Notes under the pieces: model-generated | What the model was told of the DNA's origin: nothing | What the model saw: the letters and a program-made list of their open reading frames with translations, nothing else | The model's database searches: none | Translations under genes and position numbers: made by a program | In this document: piece after piece, positions 41,485 to 55,179 of the stretch | Position numbering within the stretch: the stretch's first letter is position 1 | Layout: every line of letters begins with the position of its first letter | Assembly (NCBI RefSeq): GCF_009914755.1 | Contig: NC_060940.1 | DNA length: 64,000 bases | DNA from: the human T2T-CHM13v2.0 reference genome, Homo sapiens | Direction: 5' to 3' (one strand)

Positions 41485-42228
41485 TGTCATGGGCTGGACT
41501 GTGTCTCCCAAATCCATATGCTGAAGTCCTAGCAAATAGTATCTCAGAGTGTGACCTTATTTGAAGACAGGGTCTTTCAGAGGTAATCAAGTTACTATGA
41601 GGTCATTAGGATGGTCTGTAATCCTAATAAAAGGGGGCATATTAATCCATTTTCATACTGGTTGGAAGAAATACCCAAGACTGGGTAATTCATAAAGAAA
41701 GAGGTTTAATGGACTTACAGTTCCATATGACTGGGGAGGCCTCACAATCATGGCAGAAGGTGAAGGAGGAGCAAAGACATGACTTACATGGTGGCAGGCA
41801 AGATAGTGTGTGCAGGGGAACTGCCCTTTATAAAACCATCAAATCTTATGAGACTTACTCGTTATCATAAGAACAGCACAGGAAAACCTGCCTCCATGGT
41901 TCAATTACCTCCCACGGGTTCCCTCCCACAACATGTGGAGATTATGGGAGCTACAGTCCAATTTGAGATTTGGGTGGGGACACAGCCAAACCGTATCAGG
42001 GGGAAATTTGGAGACAGGCATGCATAGAGGGAAGACAATGTGAAGAGACACAGGGAGAAGGCAGCCATCCACAAGCCAAGGGGAGAGTTATGCAACAGGT
42101 CCTACCTCAGCTTCAGAAGGAAGCAACCTGCCAGCTCCTTGATTTGGGACTTCCAGTCTCCAGAATTGTGTTGTGTAAGACACCCAGACCATGGTCCTCT
42201 GTTACAGCCGGCCTTGAAAACAAAGACA
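41485..42228 (+). mobile_element. MLT1A/B solo LTR split by THE1
   Basis: tgtcatgggctggactgtgtctcccc...gtgtgaccttatttgaagacagggtc...acagggagaaggcagccatccacaagccaag; TSD aatga/aatgg. Confidence 0.88.
41638..41998 (-). mobile_element. THE1B/C solo LTR
   Basis: ccaagactgggtaatt...gaggcctcacaatcatggcagaagg...gagatttgggtggggacacagccaaaccgtatca; TSD ggggg both sides. Confidence 0.93.
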
Positions 42229-43503
42229 AATGGGAAGGCCATTTCCCACACCCTGGCTTCCAGGATTCTGTCTGCCCATCCCCGCAGAGTCAGCTGGGAG
42301 GGACGGTAGGACTCTTGGGGAAAGGAGGTTTGAAATCCCATGGGGCACTGCATACCAGGCCATCCTATCTCAGTAAGGCCATGTGACGATCCCGCCACTC
42401 ACTCATCACCACCATGGAGCCCTTCTCTCCAAAACCAGTCTCTCAGCCTCGTTTGGCATTGCAGAGCTTTACAAAGGCCATGGGCTTCTAATTGCACCTC
42501 TGTCAGCTGTACTGGGCTTTCAGGACGAGAGAGGGGGATGCCTTGGCTCGTCCCGGTTGCTGTGGTGCTGCTTTCATAGGGTCTGACAAGTCCCCTCTAC
42601 GTGGATGTTCTTAAATACTCAGCCTCCTGTCTGTCTGGATTAATTGGTTGGTAGCTATGAGCTGGACAAGCCTATTTTTACTGCATGTGCCAGCAAGACT
42701 TATACCAAATTAGCACTTGAAAAATTTTTTACAGCAGCAACCACCATGACCACAAAAGAACCTGAAGATGTGTCTGTATTTTTGAGCCCCCTTTGAGGCT
42801 GTCCTTCTTCTCACCCACTTTCCCCTGTTAAGGCTCTCTCATGCCATCACTATGATATGTAGATACTGAAAGAGACCTGGAGGTGCCCTTATCCCACAGC
42901 CTATTCTTCTTCCCTTTGGGGTTCCTAAGAAAGGGAGCTATGCACACAAGGAACAATCGCAGGGTTGAAGGTGCAGTCTCATTTCATTAACAGCTGAGTT
43001 AGCATTCGAAGTGGAGCTCTTTTCCTTTTTCTAAAATGTTTTCATTGACAAATAATAATTGTGTATATAGGGTACAGTGTGATGTTCTGATACATGTATA
43101 CATTGTAGAATGTTTACATCAAGCTTATTAATGCATTGACAGTTACAGTTATATTTAAAATCTACTGTCTTATTAATATTGAAATATACAACACTATTAT
43201 TAACTATGGTCCCCATGCGGTCTAATGGATCACTAAAAGGTATTCCTTCTGTCTAACTGGAGCTCTGTACCCTCTGCAGTATCTTCCCTTTCCCTTCCCT
43301 TCCCCAACCCCAGCCTCTGCTATCCACCACTCACTCTGCTTTTATGAGTCTGACTTTTTTGGACTTTTCAGATTCCACATGAAAGTGAGGTCATGCAGCA
43401 TTTGTCCTTCTGCGCCTGGATTATTTCACTTAATCCCTCTGGATTCATCCATGTTGCCACAAATGACAGAATTTCCTTCTTTAAGTATTCCATTGTGTAT
43501 ATA

Positions 43504-46500
43504 CAATGAATCCTCACTTAATGCCATCAATAGGTTCTCGGAAACTGACTTTAAGCAAAACAACATATAACAAGACCAATTTTATCATAGACAAATTGAT
43601 ATAAACAAAAATTAAGTTCCTGTGGCATATTTCTGATCACAAAAACATCACCAAATTTCTAAAGACTTAAAACACTTCTAATATTGAACACTGAAATAAA
43701 TGTGAGCTATATATACATTCAAGAAAGATTAATAAAAACAAGTAGGGGAATTATTTGCCTAACTTTTGTTGAAACAGTGAGTGACAGCAGTTGTCATGGT
43801 GGTGGGTTAAATCAGGAATAAATGTTGGTAAAGTGAAAATTGTCAGGAGCATCTCCTGCCACCACACAGTTCAAAAACAATCACCAACATAGAGTGTTCA
43901 CTGAGCGCTTTCGAACAGCATTGTTTACTGTCATGCATTTCTGGGATTACCAGAGACTTTACATATTTTGTACAATAATTTGTACTCATTAATTCATTTT
44001 CTAATCTGCTTATTCCAGTTCAGGGTCACGGGTGACCCAAGCCTTTCCTGGCAGCTCAGGGTGTAAGGCAGGAACTTGCCCTGGCTAGGGGGCCATCCCA
44101 TCGCAGGGCACATTCACACACACACACTTGCTCACTCACATTCCCATACTCACTCACACACACGCATACTCACTCACACACACCCACACTCGCTCACACA
44201 CTCACACACATCCATATTTGCTCTCACATACACCCATACTCACACCCATACTCATTCATACACCCACACTTGCTCACACTCACACACCCACACTCGCTCA
44301 CACACTCACACACACCCATACTTGCTCTCACACACCCATACTTACACACATGCATACTCACACACATGCCCATACACACATGCATACTCGCTCACACACA
44401 CCCATACTCACACCCATACTCATTCATACACCTACACTCACTCACACACACTCACACCCACACTTACACCCACACTCATTGACACACACACACTCACACC
44501 CACCCACCCACTAACACTTGCTCACACTCACCTATACTCACACACCCACACTCACCCATACTCACACCCACACTTGCTCACACACACCACCCACACTCAC
44601 CCATATTCACACCCACACTTGCTCACACACACACTCACACACCCACACTCACACATGCTCACTCACACACACTGTCACATCCACCCACACTCAATGACAC
44701 ACATCCGTACCCACTCACACATGCCATCACACACACCCACACTTACACCCCCACACTCATCCCTACTTGCTCACACACCCACACTCGCTCACACCCCCCC
44801 CACTTGCTTACACACTCCTTCATACACACCTGCACTTGCTCAGCCCCCACACACATTCACCCACACACCCACACTCACACACACCCTCAGTCGTCCACAC
44901 ATACCACACCCACTCTCACACACCCACACTCTCACCCATATTTGCTCACACACCTACACTTGCTCACACCCACCCACAATCACACACCCACACACACACC
45001 CCCACTCGCTCACACACACACTCACCCATGCTCACTCACACTCACACACCCACACACACACATTCACTCACACACCCATACTTACACACCCGCATAGCTC
45101 ACACACACCCATACTCACACACACACTTGCTAACACTCACCCAAACTCGTTCACACACCCTCACACACACACCCACAAACACACATACACACACTGTCAC
45201 AACCACACTTGCTCACATACACTCCCACCTACCCACACCCACACTCGCACCCACTCATACACCCAGCCACACTTGCTCACATGCCCACACTCACACATTC
45301 ACTCCCACACCCAGCCACACTTGCTCTCACACCCATGTTCACACAATCACATGCTCCCACACACACACATACACGCTCATGCACACCCACACTCACACAC
45401 ACCCACACTCAATCACACCCACACTTGCTCCCACCCACACTCACACACCCAGCCACACTTGTTCACATACCCACACTCACACACATTCACTCTCACACAC
45501 ACACCCACAGTCACACACCCATACTCTCACATTCACCCACACTAACACACACCCACACTCACACACCCACACTCATGCTTGCACACTCACACCCATACTC
45601 ATTCCACACATACTAACACACACCTACACTCACACACCCATACTCTCACAGTCACCCACACTAACACATACCCACTCTTGCTCATACACATGCCCACACT
45701 CATGCTCCCACACTCACACCCATACCCGCTCACACACACTCACTAACACACACCCACACTCACACACACCCATACTCTCACACACCCACACTCACTCATA
45801 CACACCCACACTCATGCTCCCACATTCGCTCACACACACCCATACTCGCTCACACACATGCTCACACACCCATACTCACACTCACCCACACTCATACCCA
45901 CAGTCACACACACCCACACTTGCACACACCCACACTCACGCCCACCCACATTCATTCAAACCCACCCACATGCTCACACACCCAGCCATACTTGCTCTCA
46001 TACACACACATGCACACTAGCACACCAACCCACACTTGCTCATACACATCTACACTCACACACCCCCACACTCACTCACATATCCATACTCTCTCACACT
46101 CACCCACACTAACACACACACACTTACACACCCACCTACACTCACACCCCCACACTCACACAGACCCATGCTCACTCTCACACACCCACACTCACTCATA
46201 CACACCCACACTCATGCTCCCACATTCGCTCACACACACCCATACTCGCTCACACACATGCTCACACACCCATACTCACACTCACCCACACTCATACCCA
46301 CAGTCACACACACCCACACTTGCACACACCCACACTCACGCCCACCCACATTCATTCAAACCCACCCACATGCTCACACACCCAGCCATACTTGCTCTCA
46401 TACACACACATGCACACTAGTACACCAACCCACACTTGCTCATACACATCTACACTCACACACCCCCACACTCACTCACATATCCATACTCTCTCACACT

Positions 46501-46993
46501 CACCCACACTAACACACACACACTTACACACCCACCTACACTCACACCCCCACACTCACACAGACCCATGCTCACTCACACACACCCATACTCACTCATA
46601 GCCACATTCACACACACCCACACTCACTCATACTCAGCCACATTCACACACACCCACACTCGCTCACACCCACACTCACACACACCCACATTCACACACC
46701 CACACTCGCTCACACACACCCACACTTGCTCACACACCCACACTCGCTCACACATGCTTGCTCTCATACACTCACACTCACACTCTCACTGGGGCCGTGT
46801 GCAGAGGCCAGTGAACCTCACATGCACAGCTTGGGGATGTGGAGGACACCAGAGTGCCCCAAGAAAACACACAGATATGGGGAGAAGGTGCAGACTCCAC
46901 AGACAGGGGCACTGGTCAAGAATCCGTTTTTTCTCTCATCAATCTTACAGCAAAATGACGTTGAACTAAATGATGTTATTTGAAGACCTGCTG
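43504..46993 (-). mobile_element. Full-length MER6 (TcMar-Tigger) with internal CA-rich expansion
   Basis: Termini caatgaatcctcacttaatg / gttatttgaagacctgctg, TA TSD (43502-43503 / 46994-46995); internal cttattccagttcagggtcacgggtg...ccatcccatcgcagggca and ggggagaaggtgcagactccaca. Confidence 0.9.
44109..46790 (+). repeat. ~2.7-kb degenerate CA-rich tandem array (CACACCCAYACTYGCT-type units)
   Basis: Read directly; + strand almost devoid of G; contains a 400-bp tandem duplication 45774-46573. Confidence 0.97.
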
Positions 46994-47079
46994 TATGCCA
47001 CATTTTCTTTATCCATTCACCCATTCATGAACACTTAGGTTGTGAAGTGGAGTTTTCTAAGACCCTTCTCAGAGAGACT

Positions 47080-47567
47080 GAGACTTGTGTAACAGAGACC
47101 AGAAATGACAGTTCTTAAACAATGTAGGAGCCGCTTTCTCTCTCGTGTGAAAAAGTCTGGGCGTGTTGCCTAGGGCCAGCATAGTGGCTGCACAGCCATC
47201 AGGGAGCTGGGCTCCTTCACTCTTCCTGTCCACCACCCTTTGATGCATGGCTTCCATCACCAAGTTGCCTCCTGGTCCTGAAGGGCATCTGGAGCTCCTG
47301 CTATCACAGCTATGTTCCACCCAAAAAGCAGAAGAGGAGGTAGTGATCATAGGGCACATGTCAGCTGTCATTTTCTCAGGGTGTATGCCTCTGCATCCAC
47401 CCAACATGTCTATCTGCTTATAGCCCACGGGCCACTATAAGCTTCAAGGAAGGCCAGGGACTGAGGCCTTTTCACTGGGCACATTAACTCCAGAATAAAA
47501 CAGAAGCCTGTTACTAAGAAAGAAGGGAGGATAGATATCAGGTAGGTAACCAGCCACCTCCACCACA
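47080..47567 (-). mobile_element. MLT1J-like LTR
   Basis: gtaacagagaccagaaatgacagttcttaaac...ccatcagggagctgggctcc...agcttcaaggaaggcc...tgttactaagaaagaagggag...ccaccaca. Confidence 0.8.
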
Positions 47568-48554
47568 ACCTAGACCAGCTGCTACCCAGCTCAGCTCAGC
47601 ACATGGAGGCAGGATTTTCAGACAGGGGGATGGCTGGCCCTGTGTAGGGGACTGAATACTTGGTGACGTTAATTGTAAGGAAAAGATTCACCATGGCGGT
47701 AAGCTATGAATGCACATGGGTCTTCTGCACTGGACACTCACAGTAGCCCTGTGTACAACTGTGGACAAATAATCTGTGGCATACCCAGAAAGGAGAATGC
47801 AGCATTTAGTAGTGAGAGCATCTCCACTCACCGGCATGAAACATACATAGTGATCCCTGAGCAACCCCACTGCCTCCCTCCCCTCAATTCTATTCTTCAG
47901 TTGTCTTGATCTTCCCAAAGGTGGTTTAGAGACTCAGGTGGAGATGTCTGCTTGAAGAGGGAGGGAGGGGTCATCATTTTCAGGAGGCCCTGGGAAAAGA
48001 GAGTCAATGTGGAACCTGGTTGGCCTACCCCAACCCTGCAACAGAAAGAAGTCGACATTCAGCTAGAGTGGAATTGAGACTCTGTGTTTCTGGATCTGAG
48101 AAATGCTTCAAGTTACTCAGAGCCCAGGCATAAAAACTTGAGCAAACACAGGTCCAAAGTATAATCTTCCCTTTGACAAGTCAACTCCCTGTTTCTACAG
48201 TGAAGTACTTGGAACTGGGTACACTTTTTCCTAAAAATGGTCTCTGGGGCTCTGATATCTGAGGAGTTCACTTGGGACTATTTAGCACAAATTTACAAGT
48301 AGTTTCAGTCAACTCCAATTTTAACAGATGTTTTAAAAAGTAATGCTTTTGATTTTGGATTATAAAAGTTTATTATAGTCAACAAGGCTTATGTGAGCAG
48401 AAGGACCGGGGTACTTTTGTGACACAAAATTTCTGGTATTATGTTAAAGGAATCAATTACATATTTTTATGAAGAATGATCATCAAAAATTTCTCAATGG
48501 AAAACTTCCTGGGTTACAAAGTAGAATAAAGGTTATTGCCCACTCATCACAAAA

Positions 48555-49110
48555 TATTTTATTGTAGAATATTTAGAACATACAACAAGCAGGAAGAAAA
48601 AAGAAACAAACAAACAAAAATTACCCACAGTACCACAGCCCAGAGACAAGCATTGCTAAAATTTGGGTATATCTTAACTGACTCTTTTTCTTTATATGCA
48701 TGTATATAATTTGCTTTTTAAAATAACTATATCTATTATGTACTGTTATTTACTCTTGGAATATTCTACATTTCTTCATGAGCATTTCCCCACATCCCTA
48801 ACTCTTCCTCTGTCACACAGTGTGTCATGGCTGCATGCATACTATTTGGTTATTGGGATGAACCACAATTGCTCTCCCCAAACCCCTATTGTTGGGCAAT
48901 CATGATAAGCCCAGTTCTTTTCTATTGTAAACAATGCTGCCTTGACTGTCCTTAAACACAAATCCTGGTGACAGTATAGATTACTGCTTCAGGATACACT
49001 TCTAGGAGGAGAGTCACAGTCGAACACATGCACATTTCCAAGGCCTTTGACATGAATTGCCAAATTGCCAAGTTTTCCTTTAGAAAAGCCAGGCCAATTC
49101 TCATTCTGAG
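48555..49110 (-). mobile_element. Old L1ME4-like fragment
   Basis: cccctattgttgggca...ccagttcttttctattgtaaacaatgctgc...ggcctttgacatgaattgccaaattgcc. Confidence 0.65.
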
Positions 49111-49477
49111 CATCAAAATAAAAGCAATATATAAATGAGAGTTACAATTTATCCCTCAGAAACATTTATGGAGCACCTACTGTGAGCCTGCCTCTGTCCT
49201 GAGTGGAAACACAGTCCCTGCCTTCAAGTCTACTCCAGAGAAGGAAAAGGGACATGGCATCAGCTACCACACAATGCAAACCATCCCATAATCGCTGGAC
49301 AAAGGGACCAGGAAGCACAAAGAAAGGTGTTTGCCTGGAGAGGCAACAGCCCGGAGAGGACTCTGAAAAGATAAACTCAGTGGTCCTCTGCAAAGACTTT
49401 AAAACAGCCAAACAAGGCTATTAAATTATTTCACTGGCATAGCTGCTGGTATCTTGTCAGACTTTTCAAAAGTGGCA

Positions 49478-50220
<743 letters not shown>

Positions 50221-50939
50221 ACTGGCCTCAGCAGAGGCATTCTCCCTCGCTTGTGTCTGGGAGAAGACCCTGAGGGGCTCTGAGAGGATGTGATCGCTGT
50301 TCCCTTCTACCTCCCATACTGTTCCACGTGAACCATCCTAAGAATTGAATTTCTCATTTTCATCCCCATGGGGAGAGACTTTCCCTATTCCCTTGAGTGA
50401 CAAAACTTCACAATCTGGACACTCTGCAAGAGTCTTTATGGCTAAGCTAATGCGAGCTGTAAATTCGCTGTAAAGGGACAGGGCCTGCCTCCACCACCAG
50501 ACATTTTGGGGCCCAGAGCAAAAGGCCCACACAGCCTGAGCATTGTGAGCAGCTCTGTGCTGTGTGGCTAATCCGGGGGTTTGCTCAGGCTTTGGTTTTC
50601 CTGGAGCCAGGGACTGACCTTCTTTCAGTTACTGATCTGTTTAATCACCTGCTGATGAGAGAAGGGAAGGAGAAGGCCATGTGTCTTGACTGACGTCCAG
50701 CCGCTTGCCCTGGGATGTGGCTCGCAGGTGAATCCTTTCTGCTTCTTTTGGTTGTCCCAAGATCCACACGGAGGGAGCTGGATGTGGCTACAATAAATGC
50801 AAAATCAATCGAAACCAAAACAGAGAATGTCTTCAGGACCTAAGTGTGAGCTGAATGACCATAAGAAAGTCAAGAGGTCATGGATGGCTAATGAGCTGGA
50901 ATCGTGTGGCTTGTTGCCCAGGACTTGTTGGATATCACT

Positions 50940-51073
50940 TTATCTTTATTTTTGTAGAGACAGGGGTCTCACTATGTTGCCCAGGCTGGTCTTGAACTCC
51001 TGGACTCAAGTGATCCTCCCACCTTGGCCTCTGGAAGTGCTGGGACTACAGGCGTGAGCCACTGTGCTGGGCC
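50940..51073 (-). mobile_element. FLAM_C (free left Alu monomer)
   Basis: Single left arm; TSD tggatatcact / tggacatcagt. Confidence 0.85.
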
Positions 51074-51574
51074 TGGACATCAGTCTGTAAAGGAGTCTGT
51101 GGCCAGTGCTGGATGGAGACGTGTTGTTGCTGACCTGTCTTCACTGGCACTGGACAGAGCTGAGTGGACTTAACCTACCATGTGTCAGACACTGGGTCCA
51201 GGAATATGAGGCAGGCACTGTGACAGTTCTCAAGCTCTGCCAGACAAGCTGAGTAATTTGTCTTGGGAGGCAGAGGAGGCAGGACTGGAACTCAGTGCTG
51301 TGTGTCTTCAAAGCCCATGCTCTTAAATAGCACATTGTAGGGGAACTAGGTCCTGGCTGAGACTCCCTGACTCTGTGAATTAGAAGGACCTCGAGGAGGT
51401 TTTTTAGGTTATGTGGACTGTGTTTTTAGTTACATGGGCTGCTTTGAGAGGCAGCATGGCACCAGGTGTGGGTTCTGAGGCCAAACCACTTTCAAGTAAG
51501 TCCTGAGTCTTGAGAGTGGCGGCACAGGGCCTGGATGCTGCCAGTGCTGGGGCAGCAGCCTGATGGTACAGTGT

Positions 51575-51775
51575 TTCTCTGGTGTGATTGTTCAGGGCAC
51601 GGGTTGGGATTCACGCAGACCCACTGAGTGACCTGAGGCAAGTGTCTCCAAGCCTTGCTCCTCTGTAAAACAGGGGTAATAACAGAACTCCTACCTCATA
51701 GGGCTGTGTAGAGTATTCAATTAATTAATTCATAGAAAGTATTACGAACAAAGTCTGGTGCATTAATCCTACTCA
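51575..51775 (+). mobile_element. MIR
   Basis: ctgagtgacctgaggcaag...ctctgtaaaacaggggtaataacagaactcctacctcatagggctgtg. Confidence 0.8.
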
Positions 51776-52264
51776 ACAGAACTCATCCTATGGAAATGTA
51801 TGACTTCCTTGGCATTCTACTTCTTGGACAGCCTTAAAATTCTTCCTTCTGCTTGACGAAAACCTCCAGGTTGAGTCTGTAAGGTCCTTCTGGCTTGGAG
51901 AGGACTGGAGATGTGGAGAGAGGGAGGCTACTGGAACCTGGGCCTCCAGAATGTGGGCCCCAGAGCCATGCCCCAGGCCAGCAGGAGCACAGGTGGGGAC
52001 TTAACTCCCCCAGAGCTGTGGAAGCATCTGTGAAACTTCTCAGTCACTCCCAACAAGCGTTTACCTTGCTGCCTCCTCAAGCCCAGCCAAGCTGAGACTC
52101 AAGGGGTCTTTCTGCTTTTCCATCTTTGAGGTCTGACCTTTGCAGACCTGTGATGAGCTGGGTACTGACCTTAACCCCTACTGTGCTCTAAGCTTCACTG
52201 TTTTCATTAGAAATTCACTCTGTTGCTAATAATAATAATACTAATTTTAAAAATAACAATTCAT

Positions 52265-52460
52265 TACTGATAGCAACTAACCTCTATGGAGGATGTGCTC
52301 CGAGTTGGACCCTGTCCTAAGCAGTCTACATGTCCTAATTTAACCCTCGAAGAAACACTACTAATGGTATTGTAACTCCATTTTCCAGATGAGGAAACAG
52401 GTTCAGAGAGGGAACTTGCTCAAGACCACAGATGGATTCAAACCCAAGTCCATCTCAGCC
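52265..52460 (-). mobile_element. MIR
   Basis: ccattttccagatgaggaaacaggttcagagagg...cttgctcaagaccacag...ggattcaaaccca. Confidence 0.75.
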
Positions 52461-53076
52461 CCCATATTTACTTGTTTGGGGTTAAGACCTCAAATAGTTC
52501 AAGAATATGGTGACACTCAATGTGGAGAGTAAAGGGCTCAGTCAGGAAGCAGTCAAGTTCGTGCTATTTGTTCTAAAATTAAGGATGCTTTTTTGGACAC
52601 CAGAGTTCAAGGCCCCAGGTTAGATTTGTTGAGCTTGCAAGGGCCTCTAACAAATACCAAGATGGCTGTTGAGTAAATGCCAGGATCAAGCTGAGGCCCA
52701 GACATCCTCCAGCAAGTCAGCCAGGCACCTGAGACTGCAGTGCCCAGAGTCAGAGATGGGTCAGACAGACTATGACCCGGGGCTGGGAAGGCCAAAGCAT
52801 GTACCATCCTCACCTCACTCAGGAAGAGACCCCAGAGTCCAGATAGGCCAGGCCCCTCCCATACCTTCCAGCCCCCCCCGCCACAAGATTCTATAGAAAA
52901 GGGCCTTTCAAGACATTTGCTCCATTTCTGTAGTTTACAGACCTTGTGACCCAAGAAAAGGAAGGTACGTAGCATTACCTTGAAAGAACCAGGGCCCACA
53001 TTTATTGAGTGCTTTCTGTATACAAGACCCTGTCCTCATCCTATACCTATTTTATCCCTGCTACAGCCCTAGGAGG

Positions 53077-53110
53077 TTTTTGTTTGTTTGTTTGTTTGTT
53101 TGTTTGTTTT
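53077..53110 (+). repeat. (TTTG)n STR
   Basis: Read directly. Confidence 0.95.
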
Positions 53111-53229
53111 TCTCAGAACTTGGGGTTCTGACTTCCAGATCACAATCACTCAATTGCACCTCTGTGTCTCCTAGTAGCCACAGCTCAAGGGTGTTGGCCA
53201 CTCTCCTCTCAGAGGAGCCTAGCTGAGCC

Positions 53230-53718
53230 TCATTCCGTAGCCACCAGAGGAAGCTGCCCGTTGCACCTTTTAGCCTCAGCTTGGCCACCTCTGTGAGCCA
53301 TGCTTCCTCGCTTTCAGTGCCTCCAACAGGCCAAGTTTTCTTCCTCAGAGCCTTTGTAAGTGTGGCTCTCTCCCTTGGGAATGGTCTCGCTGTCCCATGG
53401 CTTCCGCCTTGGCCAGTCCAGCACTACTCATCCTCATGTTTCAGATTAAATATCTTGTGCTCAGAGAAATCTCTTCTAAGTCTCACCTTATCTTTAAATG
53501 AGATATCTTCAGTTATTCCTTTTTGTTCCACTTAATTTTGTTTCCTTCGTAGTACATATTCCAATTTGTTAATCAGGCCTATTTGCATAACTCCTGTTTT
53601 CTGCTGGACCATGAGGTCATTGAGGGTGGGATGGCGCCTACTAAGCTCACCATAGAATGTCCTTGACCCAGCACTGCATTAGGCACAGAGCTCACTTGAC
53701 GTCTGTTGAATAAACGAT
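53230..53718 (+). mobile_element. L2 3' fragment
   Basis: cctcagagcctttgtaagtgtggctctctcccttgggaatg...tactcatcctca...tcagagaaatctcttcta...ggcacagagctc...tgttgaataaac. Confidence 0.75.
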
Positions 53719-54787
53719 GGGCAGTCGGAAGGAGCAGAAGAATGTTTACTTAAAAGTCTTTATCTCCACCACAAGTTTCTGGAGTACAGGCTTAAATAGA
53801 AAGGTTATGGGAGAAATCTGCTGAACTTTCTAAAAAAATGATCAAAGTAGGTAGAAATCAAAATCAGATTTGGGGGTCTAAGTGGTGCATTGACTCAGAG
53901 CTGTCAGAGGCTATCAGGGATGCAGAAGCTGATGTCCAAAGAGTGTGAGTGACAGTTCAATGAGAAACGGCAAGCTGGGCTGCCCCAAAGTTTGTTTGTC
54001 TTGTGGAAAAGAAAGTTGCACTACTGAGTTGTCTTCATTGGTAGAAAAACCCAGTTCACAAAGAGCAAGATTTGAAGAGCAGGGCACACCACGCTTTTGT
54101 TGGGTGAAGGGAAAGTCCTAGAAGTTTACACATGGATACAGCTACGCTGGACCATCAGGGAGTTGGTTGAGAGCTCCTGTGCAATAGAGAGCTGTTTAGA
54201 GCAGCCATTAGCTCTGTTATGAACCTCATTTATGATTTTATTTACTTAACAATTCGGTCTTCCGTGTCATGAATTTTTGAGAGAGACATTCAATTAGGAA
54301 TTATGACTGCAATTTAAAAAAATATATTGCCTCCCTTCTAGGTGGGTGCCAGCTTTCTTTTATGGATGTGCCTGGATGCATTCCAGAACATTTGGAAGAA
54401 ACAAATTTTAGCACTTTTTCTCCATTTCTCCCTCAAAGCCTGGGACTCCTGCCAGTTAGAAAAACCTTCCTGTGTCCCCTCAATACTAGGTATGGTGTTA
54501 CATTGGCAGCAGGCAGAGAGGGCAGCTGGCACCCTGGTGATGTATCTCAACTGGTTCCTCTGGACAGATCTTCCCTAAAATCCCACCATCTCAAGTGCTT
54601 CCTCAGACCCCACACAGGCACGGGAGTTTCCCCTTTAATGGGTCTTTCTCCCAGCTATTTTCATTCTAATCTTCACTCCTAATGCTTCCCCTCTCATGAG
54701 ACCCCCAAAATTCATCCTAAGCTTGGGACAGACATACTCACAACTCCTCCACAAACCACAATTTTCCATCTAGACTGTGCTCCAATA

Positions 54788-55175
54788 GTGTTCCTTGGTT
54801 ATAAGCAATGGGAATGCACTCTGTCAAACAAGCAGGAAAACTGATTAGTGGCTCATATAATCACTGAAAGGCCGAAAGAACTAAGGAAGGAAAGGACAAA
54901 GATGGCAGGAAAGCTGAACCATCTCCCCAGTCAAGACAAATGAACTCCAACCATAATTGCTCTTTGCATCCCTCAGCTCAGGATGGAAGCTCAAAGGGAG
55001 AACAGCATTTGGCTTAGCCTGGTAGGTGAGCCCAGGGCACTTTGATTGATGATCTCACCAGATTGTGTGTGTCCAGTGGGAAAAGTGGTCCCCCCTAAAC
55101 AAAACAAAGTGCCATTGTCCAAAGAAGGTGAAAAACAATCCAAGCAGGCAGACAAAGGCTAACAGAAATCCACTA
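54788..55175 (-). mobile_element. Old MLT1 (L/M-like) LTR
   Basis: cttggttataagcaatgggaa...gcatttggcttagcctggtagg...gccattgtccaaagaagg...cagaaatccacta. Confidence 0.55.
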
Positions 55176-55179
55176 AAAT

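Larger units (their letters stand above)
43035..47043 (-). mobile_element. L1MA 3' end split by MER6
   Basis: ...gtattccattgtgtata|ta [MER6] ta|tgccacattttctttatccattcacc continues the L1 consensus across the insert. Confidence 0.88.

Noticed and set aside
44109-46790. CRISPR-like array or interstitial telomere
   Set aside because: No constant repeat with unique spacers and no TTAGGG units; explained by the MER6 internal seed.
44076-46969. Long His/Thr/Pro-rich ORFs (489 aa, 417 aa and others)
   Set aside because: By-product of a G-poor CA array where stop codons are rare; they are open in several frames, mostly start at TTG and lie inside MER6.
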